From: Candidatus Latescibacterota bacterium
GTDB taxonomy: Bacteria; Latescibacterota; MVCY01; DTYK01
NCBI GenBank assembly: GCA_012961925.1
Contig: DTYK01000307.1
Span: 1 to 10,094, forward strand
DNA length: 10,094 bases
Direction of reading: 5' to 3'
Below are positions 1 to 6,520 of this stretch, piece by piece. Numbering within the stretch: the first letter of the stretch is position 1; every line of letters begins with the position of its first letter. A program made the translations under genes and the position numbers. Under the pieces are notes generated by a model. It saw nothing but the letters and a program-made list of their open reading frames with translations, had not been told where the DNA came from and did no database searches.

Positions 1-342
1 GGCCAGGTCCGCCACAGCCTCGCTGTTGACAAAAGGGGTATTGGTGACCACAATGCCCTTCCTGGTGGCTGCCTTTAGGTCTATGTTATCAACGCCTGCA
101 CCATGTCTGGAGATTACCTTCAAATCCTCGGCCGACTCTAAGGCCTCGGCGGTAAACTCGTCAAGGCCAGCGATGCAGCCGTCTATCCCTTTCAATTGCT
201 CGATGAGCTCAGCCACCTTGAGGGGACGACCAAGGTCATTTCCGATCAGCTCATATCCACGACCTTCCAGGAAATCCCTGGGTTCCTTGAGGATCCTCCC
301 GAAAGAGGTCGAGCTTATCAATACCTTCAATGCTCCTCCCAT
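1..342 (-). CDS. D-isomer-specific 2-hydroxyacid dehydrogenase family protein (phosphoglycerate/glycerate dehydrogenase-like), N-terminal part. The gene continues past the left edge of the window.
   Basis: The reverse-complement translation from the ATG at 342 reads MGGALKVLISSTSFGRILKEPRDFLEGRGYELIGNDLGRPLKVAELIEQLKGIDGCIAGLDEFTAEALESAEDLKVISRHGAGVDNIDLKAATRKGIVVTNTPFVNSEAVADLA. This is the typical N-terminal substrate-binding domain of SerA/GyaR-type dehydrogenases (MKVLIS start, GxGxDNIDL motif before the NAD domain). It was absent from the ORF track because it is truncated by the window edge. An alternative start is the TTG at 330, preceded by GGGAGGAG with a 4-nt spacer, which would give an MKVLIS N-terminus. 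The ATG at 342 has no purine-rich SD. Confidence 0.75.
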   Translation of the reverse strand, partial: MGGALKVLISSTSFGRILKEPRDFLEGRGYELIGNDLGRPLKVAELIEQLKGIDGCIAGLDEFTAEALESAEDLKVISRHGAGVDNIDLKAATRKGIVVTNTPFVNSEAVADLA

Positions 343-344
343 GG

Positions 345-399
345 AAAAAATAGAAAAACGGGAAACAGGAAAGGGAAACAACCGCTTTTCCCTGTTTCC
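345..399 (-). terminator. Putative intrinsic terminator downstream of the stomatin-like gene.
   Basis: On the minus-strand RNA, GGAAACAGG (plus 391-399) pairs perfectly with CCUGUUUCC (plus 362-370), a 9-bp stem. The loop can form an extra GAAA/UUUC pair set. The stem is followed by CCG UUUUUCUAUUUUUU (plus 358-345). The stem is only moderately GC-rich and the region allows alternative pairings. Confidence 0.35.
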
Positions 400-469
400 T
401 TTCCCATTTCCCGACCGCTGTTTAGCTTAGCATCTACCTGCTTAATTGGTTCACACTATCGGTTAAAAA

Positions 470-1219
470 TCACTCAGCCCTGTGTTTAAGGAAGGGGGTG
501 AGCAGGTCTATGGGTACGGGGAAGACAAGGGTTGAGTTATTCTCGGCTGCCACCTCATTAAGGGTTTGCAGAAAACGCAGTTGCAGGGACATCGGTTGCT
601 TGGATAGGGCCTCCGCTGCCTGGGACAGTCTTTTCGAAGCTTGATACTCTCCCTCGGCATGAATGACCTTAGCCCTGCGTTCCCTCTCTGCTTCAGCCTG
701 TTTCGCCATAGCCCTCTGCATCTCGGCAGGCAGATCCACGTGCTTTACCTCCACAGTGGACACTTTTATACCCCAGGGATCGGTCTGCTGGTCGAGAATA
801 CTCTGTAATTCCGTATTGATCTTCTCCCTTTCGGCCAGAAGCTCATCCAATTCTGCCTGTCCAAGGATGCTCCTCAGGGTTGTCTGTGCCAGTTGGGAGG
901 TGGCATAAAGGTAATCTTCTACCTCAATCACTGCCTTCTCCGCCTCTATCACCCTGAAGTACATCACAGCGTTCACCTTCACCGAGACATTGTCCCTGGT
1001 GATAACATCCTGGGGCGGGACGTCCATCGTTACGGTCCTCAGGCTCACCTTCACCATCCTATCGATTATAGGGATGAGCAACACAAGGCCAGGACCTTTA
1101 GCACCGACCAGCCTCCCCAGCCTGAACACCACACCACGTTCATACTCCCGTAATATCCTGATTGCACTGGCGAGGATGAGGAGGACGACAAACGCTAATA
1201 CCGTGATTCCGAATGTCAT
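470..1219 (-). CDS. SPFH/band-7 family membrane protein (stomatin/prohibitin/HflC-like).
   Basis: A 249-aa product starts [37 protein letters not shown]. That is an N-terminal membrane anchor followed by the conserved start of the SPFH domain. A coiled-coil-like stretch, [27 protein letters not shown], lies near the C-terminus. The start at 1219 is preceded by AAGGAGTG with a 7-nt spacer. The longer ORF to 1342 lacks an SD and reads through the promoter. Confidence 0.85.
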   Translation of the reverse strand: MTFGITVLAFVVLLILASAIRILREYERGVVFRLGRLVGAKGPGLVLLIPIIDRMVKVSLRTVTMDVPPQDVITRDNVSVKVNAVMYFRVIEAEKAVIEVEDYLYATSQLAQTTLRSILGQAELDELLAEREKINTELQSILDQQTDPWGIKVSTVEVKHVDLPAEMQRAMAKQAEAERERRAKVIHAEGEYQASKRLSQAAEALSKQPMSLQLRFLQTLNEVAAENNSTLVFPVPIDLLTPFLKHRAE

Positions 1220-1313
1220 TTTTGCACTCCTTGTTAATTGTGACGACTTCCTAACTGCATGTTTACGTGTGGCTGAGAAAATAACCCCTTCAACATGTCC
1301 TAACAATAAGTTA

Positions 1314-1342
1314 ATAATAGCTAACTTTCCGTGCTTTGTCAA
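1314..1342 (-). promoter_or_regulatory. Sigma70-like promoter for the stomatin-like gene.
   Basis: On the minus strand, TTGACA (plus 1337-1342) is followed by a 17-nt spacer and TATTAT (plus 1314-1319). The predicted TSS is near 1307, giving about an 88-nt leader to the start at 1219. It lies just downstream of the tex stop codon. Identified by eye, not scored. Confidence 0.4.
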
Positions 1343-1367
1343 GGAAAAACTAAGGGGTACGGATGGG

Positions 1368-3506
1368 TTACAATCTCATTGAAAGGGCTATTCTTCCTCT
1401 CTTGGCATCCACTCCGATGACCTTCACATCGACGAGGTCACCAACCGAAACAATTTCTGATGGATCCTTCACAAACTTGTTGCTTAATTGCGATATATGA
1501 ACTAGCCCATTCTTTTTCAAGCCTATATCTACGAAGGCGCCGAAATCGACCACGTTTTTCACAATTCCTTTTAAGACCATACCTTCCTTTAATTCCTCTA
1601 TCTGTGGCATCTCGGTCCTGAGCAGCGGACTAGGAATCTCTTCTCTGGGATCATACCCTGGCCTTTTCAGGTTATCCAGTATATCCCTCAGGGTGGGTTC
1701 TCCCAGGCCAAGTTCGGAGGCCAACTGAGATACATCCATTCCTGCAAGTCTAATCTTCACCCATAAGGCTTTGACGCTTTCATTCAGGTCTTCCAAACCG
1801 TTTCCCCATCTCTCCAGGAACTGAATTACATGTCCATAAGATTCGGGATGGATGAAGGTGTTGTCCAGGGGATTGTCGCTCTCGGGTATCCTGAGGAAGC
1901 CTGCGCATTGCAGGAACTCCTTTTGGCTCAACCCTTTGACCTGTTTTAAATCCTCTCTGTCCTTGAACTGACCCTTCGCCTCCCTGTGTCGCACTATCTC
2001 CTTTGCAAGTTCGTATGATATGCCACATACATATCCGAGCAGAAACGGTGAGGCGGTGTTCGGATTGACTCCTACCTGGTTCACGCATGACTGCATAACG
2101 AAGGTGAGCTCTTCCTCCAGGAGTCCCTGATCCACGTCCTGTTGGTACAGTCCCACCCGGATGAACCTTGGTCTGATCTTGACCAGCTCTGATAGGGGAT
2201 CCTGAAGTCGCCTGGCGATAAATATATTGCCTCTGAGGCCTGGTTCCAGATCGGGGAACTCCTCCTGTGCAGCCTCTGATGTCGAATATACACCGGCTTC
2301 GGCCTCATCAACAATGGCATATGAGAGTTTTCCGTCAAAGGCCGAGATAATTTCGGCTATCAGTTTCTCCGTCGGATCGTAGGTGGTACCGTTCCCGATG
2401 GCAATCACATCCACTTGGTGCCTGTTAATGATCTCTGTAACCTGCTGTTTTGCTGCTTCCCAGTCCTCACTAAGATCAATTATTGCGCCTTCCACGTATT
2501 TTCCGTTCCTATCCACGACAGCCAGTTTTGACCCGGTCTTCGTTCCGGAACCGACCCCCATGATCACCTTATCCCTTACGGGCGGCTGAAGCAAGATAGA
2601 TCGCAGGTTTTTGGCAAAGACCCTAATAGCATGTTCCTCTGCATTTCTGTTCAAATCTTCCCTTATCTGACGCTGGATCGATGGCGCTATAAGCCTATCG
2701 TAAGACTCCCGTATGGAGAGTTTCAGTTCATTGAGAAAGACCGATGACTGGTTTTTTATTAAATGAGCCTCCATTCTCTTGTATATCTCCTCTTTTGGGA
2801 CGTCGATCCACACCTTGAGAATCCTCTCCCGCTCCCCCCTGCTTATTGCTAAGACTCGATGAGCTGGAATCCTTCGGATAGGGTCACTGAAGTCATAATA
2901 CATCTCGAACTCGCTCTGTATCCGATAATTTCTGGCCCTCGACACGAGGACTCCCTTCTGAAGCATGAATTTTCTGACCATATCCCGGATCTCGGCATCT
3001 TCGGCTATCTTCTCGGCTACGATATCCCTGGCCCCTGCAAGGACAGCGTCGGTGGTGAGGAGATCGCTCTCAGGATCGACATATTGAAGGGCATAATCCT
3101 CAGCCGACCCCTGGGTGATATTCTGGGAAAGGATCATTTCGGCCAGAGGTCCTAAGCCCTGTTCATGTGCCAGCCAAGCTCGCGATGGCTTTTTCCCTCT
3201 GAATGCAAAAAAGAGATCTTCCACCTCCCTGATCCCCTGGGCCTGAGTGATCCTGGCCTCAAGCTCCGGTGTCAGTTGCCCCTGTTGAGTGATTGTCTGT
3301 AAGACTCGCTCCTTATATGCTTCCAGGTCTTTGAAACTCCGCAACATACGCTCTATTTCATGCAGTTGTTCCTCGTTCAGGCCACCCGTCATCTCCTTCC
3401 TATATCGTGCGATGAATGGGATACGGTTACCGTCTTCCAGAAGTTCAATAGCCTTTTCCACCTGTGATACCCGTAGAGACAACTCAGATGCAATCTTTAC
3501 GATCAT
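1368..3506 (-). CDS. tex: Transcription accessory protein Tex (S1 RNA-binding domain protein).
   Basis: A 712-aa product contains the hallmark N-terminal [12 protein letters not shown] motif and a YqgF/HhH middle region. It ends in an S1 domain, [70 protein letters not shown]. The start at 3506 ([10 protein letters not shown]) is preceded by GGAGGG with a 5-nt spacer. The ATG at 3536 lacks an RBS. Confidence 0.9.
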   Translation of the reverse strand: MIVKIASELSLRVSQVEKAIELLEDGNRIPFIARYRKEMTGGLNEEQLHEIERMLRSFKDLEAYKERVLQTITQQGQLTPELEARITQAQGIREVEDLFFAFRGKKPSRAWLAHEQGLGPLAEMILSQNITQGSAEDYALQYVDPESDLLTTDAVLAGARDIVAEKIAEDAEIRDMVRKFMLQKGVLVSRARNYRIQSEFEMYYDFSDPIRRIPAHRVLAISRGERERILKVWIDVPKEEIYKRMEAHLIKNQSSVFLNELKLSIRESYDRLIAPSIQRQIREDLNRNAEEHAIRVFAKNLRSILLQPPVRDKVIMGVGSGTKTGSKLAVVDRNGKYVEGAIIDLSEDWEAAKQQVTEIINRHQVDVIAIGNGTTYDPTEKLIAEIISAFDGKLSYAIVDEAEAGVYSTSEAAQEEFPDLEPGLRGNIFIARRLQDPLSELVKIRPRFIRVGLYQQDVDQGLLEEELTFVMQSCVNQVGVNPNTASPFLLGYVCGISYELAKEIVRHREAKGQFKDREDLKQVKGLSQKEFLQCAGFLRIPESDNPLDNTFIHPESYGHVIQFLERWGNGLEDLNESVKALWVKIRLAGMDVSQLASELGLGEPTLRDILDNLKRPGYDPREEIPSPLLRTEMPQIEELKEGMVLKGIVKNVVDFGAFVDIGLKKNGLVHISQLSNKFVKDPSEIVSVGDLVDVKVIGVDAKRGRIALSMRL

Positions 3507-3572
3507 ATTACCCTCCAAAGAGACCTTCCATACCAAGCAAGACAGATATACACTCTTTTAGCTGTTAAATAA

Positions 3573-4502
3573 TTAGCCTCCGAACAACGCCTCCACAAAC
3601 TCGGACGGGTCAAAGTCCCTGAGGTCATCCGGCCCTTCCCCGATCCCGATCATCCGCAGGGGGATACTGAGTCTGTCCCTTATGGCGATAACCACACCGC
3701 CTTTTGCGGTGCCATCGAGTTTGCTCAGAACGATCCCTGAGATGCCTACGGCTTGATTGAAATAGTCAACCTGGGGAATAGCGTTCTGGCCGGTTGTGGC
3801 ATCCAGAACAAGGAGTGCCTCGTGGGGAGCACCTTCGAGAAGTCCCCCCAGGACCCGTTTAATCTTTTTGAGCTGTTCCATCAGATTGGTCCTGGTATGG
3901 AGCCGGCCGGCTGTATCAATGATCAGGATGTCAGTTCTCCTGGAGAGCGCGGCCGATAGGGCGTCGAAAGCTACAGCAGCTGGATCAGATCCACTCTTAT
4001 GGCGAACAATATCTGCTCCAGTGCGCTTTGCCCATATCTCAAGCTGCTCCGTGGCTGCTGCGCGAAAGGTATCTGCTGCTGCCAGAAGTACCTTTTTACC
4101 TTCCTTGCCAAACTTCCTGGCAAGCTTACCTGCCGTTGTTGTCTTCCCGGTACCGTTGACCCCCACCACCATAATGACATATGGACGTGGGATCGACATA
4201 GAATGACTCATATCGGCTGTAGGCGCAGAATCCATTATTGCCAGGATCTCCTCTTTCACTACCTTCTTGACCGCCTTCAGCCCTTCCATCTTCTCGCGGC
4301 GCCCACGTTCCCTTATCCTGCTTATGATCTTTGAGGTCGTCTCAGGACCTACGTCAGCCTGAAGCAGGGTGGCTTCGATCTCATCAAGCACCTCCTCGTC
4401 AAGCGTTCTATGTCCTTTGATGGATCTTGAAAGCCCTTCCAATATCCCCGCCTGCGTCTTCTGCAGCCCCATTCTCAACCTGTCAAGGACCTTTCCAACC
4501 AT
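3573..4502 (-). CDS. ftsY: Signal recognition particle receptor FtsY (short NG-domain form).
   Basis: The 309-aa product has the N-terminus MVGKVLDRLRMGLQKTQAGILEGL (compare the KEGLxKTR motif). Its SRP-GTPase motifs are GVNGTGKTTT (G1), DTAGR (G3) and SKLDGTAKGG (G4/G5 region). It ends DPSEFVEALFGG. The start at 4502 has a GAGAGGAAA SD about 10 nt upstream. The 66 upstream in-frame codons cover the promoter region and are not credible coding sequence. Confidence 0.9.
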   Translation of the reverse strand: MVGKVLDRLRMGLQKTQAGILEGLSRSIKGHRTLDEEVLDEIEATLLQADVGPETTSKIISRIRERGRREKMEGLKAVKKVVKEEILAIMDSAPTADMSHSMSIPRPYVIMVVGVNGTGKTTTAGKLARKFGKEGKKVLLAAADTFRAAATEQLEIWAKRTGADIVRHKSGSDPAAVAFDALSAALSRRTDILIIDTAGRLHTRTNLMEQLKKIKRVLGGLLEGAPHEALLVLDATTGQNAIPQVDYFNQAVGISGIVLSKLDGTAKGGVVIAIRDRLSIPLRMIGIGEGPDDLRDFDPSEFVEALFGG

Positions 4503-4596
4503 TTGATTAATTTCCTCTCTTCTATATGGGCCATGGTGCCTTTTAAAAACATCCGAGCGGAGCGAGATGCCCCTCTGGGAGACTAACTCGCCTAAT

Positions 4597-4625
4597 AGTA
4601 TAAGATAGAAAGACGGGTTTGTCAA
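4597..4625 (-). promoter_or_regulatory. Sigma70-like promoter for ftsY (ftsY-tex transcription unit).
   Basis: On the minus strand, TTGACA (plus 4620-4625) is followed by a 17-nt spacer and TATACT (plus 4597-4602), an 11/12 consensus match. The TSS is about 4590, giving an 88-nt leader to the ftsY start. Confidence 0.45.
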
Positions 4626-4662
4626 TAGAAACTTCTCCGGCCTACTGATGCGAATTTTTGGC

Positions 4663-4690
4663 TTGACAACAGATGAATTTCTGTTATATT
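4663..4690 (+). promoter_or_regulatory. Sigma70-like promoter for the tRNA gene.
   Basis: TTGACA (4663-4668) is followed by a 16-nt spacer and TATATT (4685-4690). Alternatively, a 17-nt spacer gives ATATTT. An AT-rich stretch (aattttt) lies just upstream. The predicted TSS is 3-5 nt before tRNA position 1, so the leader is very short. The promoter sits back-to-back with the ftsY promoter about 40 bp away. Confidence 0.5.
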
Positions 4691-4701
4691 TTACTTCCAC
4701 A

Positions 4702-4778
4702 GGCGGTGTAGCTCAGTTGGTCAGAGCAGGGGAATCATAATCCTCGTGTCGGGGGTTCGAATCCCTCCACCGCTACCA
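4702..4778 (+). tRNA. tRNA with anticodon CAU, elongator tRNA-Met type. A tRNA-Ile2 (lysidine) identity is not formally excluded. CCA is encoded.
   Basis: The sequence folds as a cloverleaf. The acceptor arm is GGCGGUG/CACCGCU with a G1:U72 wobble. U8 and A9 follow. The D stem is GCUC/GAGC with loop AGUUGGUCA (G18 G19 present). The anticodon stem GGGGA/UCCUC carries loop AUCAUAA, placing anticodon CAU at 34-36. A 5-nt variable loop precedes the T stem GGGGG/CCCUC and T loop UUCGAAU. The discriminator is A, and CCA lies at 4776-4778. The tRNA lacks the three consecutive G:C pairs at 29-31/39-41 of an initiator. Its D and T arms resemble bacterial elongator Met. Confidence 0.85.
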
Positions 4779-4797
4779 GTGATTTTATAGAAATTAT

Positions 4798-4836
4798 AGG
4801 CACTTAGAGCATGATGCTCTTGGTGCCTTTTTTGTT
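4798..4836 (+). terminator. Rho-independent terminator of the tRNA gene.
   Basis: AGGCAC (4798-4803) pairs with GUGCCU (4823-4828). An inner AGAGC/GCUCU stem (4806-4810 with 4816-4820) has a 5-nt loop. Six T residues follow immediately (4828-4833). An AU-rich stretch on the other side means it could act weakly in both directions. Confidence 0.6.
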
Positions 4837-5095
4837 GATGCTGGGCAGTGGTGCCAATCTATCTCAATACAATAGCGGTTTTTTAGTGGTCTGGAGAGAA
4901 GTGGGCACACCGCATTGTGGTTTTGATGTCCTTGTGGACCATGAGCTTTTGGATGGCGACCAGGTCTACTCTCGGCATTACCAGGTGGGATGCAAAGATA
5001 TGCCTGAGGGTGAGGAGGTATTCATCAAAGAGGGTCACGATCTCTTCTTTCCCTCAAGGTACCAGGGGACTTCCGGTTGTTTCTTAAATAGTCTT

Positions 5096-6202
5096 TTAGT
5101 CCGCGAGACCGCAGATCTCATCAACGAGTTTAGAAATGGCCTCCACCTTTTCGATCTGACCGACCTGGGAGATCTCATCAGATATCCCCAGAATGAGCTT
5201 TGGAGCGAACATGTCGATCACCCTGCGTGCGAATTCCAGCACCTCCTTGAGTGGGCGATAAGGAAGGAAATCAATCGCCGGCAGGAGATCGAGGACAACC
5301 ATTTTATTCCCCACAGCTTCCTTGATCTGCTCTAAGGTTATGTCACCCATTGGCGCCGGAGTCAGTGCTTCTACACCATCCAGACGTGTCTCGTGCAGAA
5401 ATGGGAGTATCGTCCGGGAGTTGCCGTCCCAGTGCGTGTGCACAAAACGGCCCTCCGAGTGCAAACGATCAGCAATGCGCTGCCACCTCGGCATCAGATA
5501 TTTCTTCAGACTAGGGGGAGGCGTAAACTCATTGGTCGCATGGTCGCCAAGGTTGAAGATGCGACACGGAAGCTTCAATGCCTCGTCTATCAGCCGGTCG
5601 TCTCTGCGATCGCAGGCTTCAAGGTAAGCTTCTACCTCAGCAGGGTGGTCATACAACAGGTAATACGTATTGGGTAATCCACACCAGGTTTTGACCAGCT
5701 CTGTAAAGCCGGAGCTCGAAAGGAACAGAGTAGGTTCAGCACGGTGGCCTACCGTCTTGGCAGCCCTACGAAAGTCCTCGGGATTGGCTCGGAACTGCTG
5801 GCGGTTAACGAGATCGGTCACCACGCGGAGATCTTTGACCGTCTTCACAGGGAAGTCTTTAATACGGTGGTTCACGAGCCTGCCGTCTTCCCAGATGTCC
5901 TGATAGACCGTACAGATCTCACCAACAGGGGTTCGAACTCTCAATACCGTGTGGTTGGGGTGATGTTCCTCGATTCGCACCATGTCATCGCGGATCTCAA
6001 AGCGCTCTATACCGGCGGATGCTGCGTAGCGGATGGAACAGCCAAGGGCATCGTAGATCTCAAGGTTGCTCATGCCACGGAAGCGCTCGGGAAGTGTGCC
6101 ACGCTCCATGTGGTGGCTAATCCACGTCTCCAGACGTGGTTGCCAAAGCACACCTTCCCCAGTACCTTCAAAAATGGCTATATTGAGCTCTCTTCGCGTC
6201 AT
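5096..6202 (-). CDS. Uroporphyrinogen decarboxylase (URO-D) family protein. It is divergent from canonical HemE and its function is uncertain.
   Basis: The 368-aa ORF starts at the ATG at 6202, preceded by AGAGGAGGAG with a 6-nt spacer. Its C-terminal two thirds align by eye to the URO-D fold. RIFNLGDHAT matches IFDTWGG, GRFVHTHWDGN matches the HxCG(N) metal/substrate region, and the C-terminal LILGISDEISQVGQIEKVEAISKLV matches [23 protein letters not shown]. The canonical N-terminal PVWxMRQAGR motif of true HemE is absent. Confidence 0.55.
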   Translation of the reverse strand: MTRRELNIAIFEGTGEGVLWQPRLETWISHHMERGTLPERFRGMSNLEIYDALGCSIRYAASAGIERFEIRDDMVRIEEHHPNHTVLRVRTPVGEICTVYQDIWEDGRLVNHRIKDFPVKTVKDLRVVTDLVNRQQFRANPEDFRRAAKTVGHRAEPTLFLSSSGFTELVKTWCGLPNTYYLLYDHPAEVEAYLEACDRRDDRLIDEALKLPCRIFNLGDHATNEFTPPPSLKKYLMPRWQRIADRLHSEGRFVHTHWDGNSRTILPFLHETRLDGVEALTPAPMGDITLEQIKEAVGNKMVVLDLLPAIDFLPYRPLKEVLEFARRVIDMFAPKLILGISDEISQVGQIEKVEAISKLVDEICGLAD

Positions 6203-6395
6203 CTCACAGCTCCTCCTCTTAGTAGAACTTTCCGCGGGTTTGTTCCTTCTTCACGGCGGTGCCCGTCAACCCGTCCGATAGAACGGTTGAATGAGGCTGA
6301 CCTGGAAACTTAAACACTACGTTGTGCCAACATGACTTGAATGAATGTGAAATTATCGGATAAATGTCGAAGTACCTTTCAAACCGTGCAATTTC

Positions 6396-6424
6396 TTGAC
6401 TTTTAAAGAGAGTAGACGTATATT
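6396..6424 (+). promoter_or_regulatory. Sigma70-like promoter, a candidate tilS-ftsH promoter or sRNA promoter.
   Basis: TTGACT (6396-6401) is followed by a 17-nt spacer and TATATT (6419-6424). The TSS is about 6431, about 155 nt upstream of the tilS start. It lies inside an AT-rich island. Confidence 0.4.
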
Positions 6425-6435
6425 TAAGTATGTTC

Positions 6436-6457
6436 AATTTGTACCAAATTTGTGCCA
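6436..6457. repeat. Tandem 11-bp direct repeat AATTTGTRCCA, 2 copies plus a partial third, embedded in phased A-tracts.
   Basis: Copy one is aatttgtacca at 6436-6446. Copy two is aatttgtgcca at 6447-6457, followed by aat. Each unit contains the palindrome CAAATTTG. Downstream A-tracts (caaaat, tcaaag, ccaaaat) recur at roughly 10-11 bp intervals to about 6500. Confidence 0.5.
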
Positions 6458-6491
6458 AATACATATCAAAATTGGTCAAAGGCCCAAAATC

Positions 6492-6520
6492 AATATAAAC
6501 AAGTGGACTGTGTTTGTCAA
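6492..6520 (-). promoter_or_regulatory. Sigma70-like promoter facing leftwards, a candidate promoter of the URO-D-like gene.
   Basis: On the minus strand, TTGACA (plus 6515-6520) is followed by a 17-nt spacer and TATATT (plus 6492-6497), an 11/12 consensus match. The TSS is about 6485, giving about a 280-nt leader to the start at 6202. It lies face-to-face with the plus-strand promoter at 6396-6424. Confidence 0.4.

Noticed and set aside
23-51. TTGACA-17-CACAAT promoter-like match on the plus strand inside the dehydrogenase gene.
   Set aside because: The -10 element is weak and it sits within coding sequence on the opposite strand. Nothing downstream on the plus strand needs it.
26-430. 134-aa plus-strand ORF (and the overlapping 196..489 ORF).
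   Set aside because: The opposite strand over the same bases encodes an unmistakable 2-hydroxyacid dehydrogenase N-terminus. The plus-strand peptide is low-complexity and its 3' part runs through the poly-purine/pyrimidine inverted repeat.
1220-1342. 41-codon N-terminal extension of the stomatin ORF ([13 protein letters not shown]...).
   Set aside because: The extension covers the predicted promoter and has no SD. The internal ATG at 1219 has AAGGAG and begins with the expected membrane anchor.
3507-3536. 10-codon extension of Tex (MVWKVSLEGN).
   Set aside because: It has no RBS. The downstream ATG at 3506 follows GGAGGG at ideal spacing.
3796-4206. Antisense ORFs inside ftsY, tex, tilS and ftsH (for example 3796..4206 +, 1780..2088 -, 8363..8830 -, 9453..9791 -).
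   Set aside because: All lie in the wrong frame or strand of genes with clear homology. They have no RBS and biased, low-complexity products.
4503-4700. 66-codon N-terminal extension of the FtsY ORF, reaching to 1 nt before the tRNA.
   Set aside because: It reads through both back-to-back promoters. FtsY homology begins at MVGKVLDRL (4502), which has an SD.
4798-4807. 10-mer AGGCACTTAG present both in the tRNA terminator and at 6531-6540.
   Set aside because: Dozens of exact 10-mer coincidences are expected by chance in 10 kb. There is no extended similarity around either copy.
4811-5335. 174-aa plus-strand ORF downstream of the tRNA.
   Set aside because: Its ATG and first codons are the terminator stem-loop and T-tract. 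Its distal half is antisense to the 3' end of the URO-D-like gene. No RBS.
6319-6346. Candidate TTGAAA-N19-GATAAT promoter nearer the URO-D-like gene on the minus strand.
   Set aside because: The spacer is too long (19 nt). The far better match at 6492-6520 is preferred.
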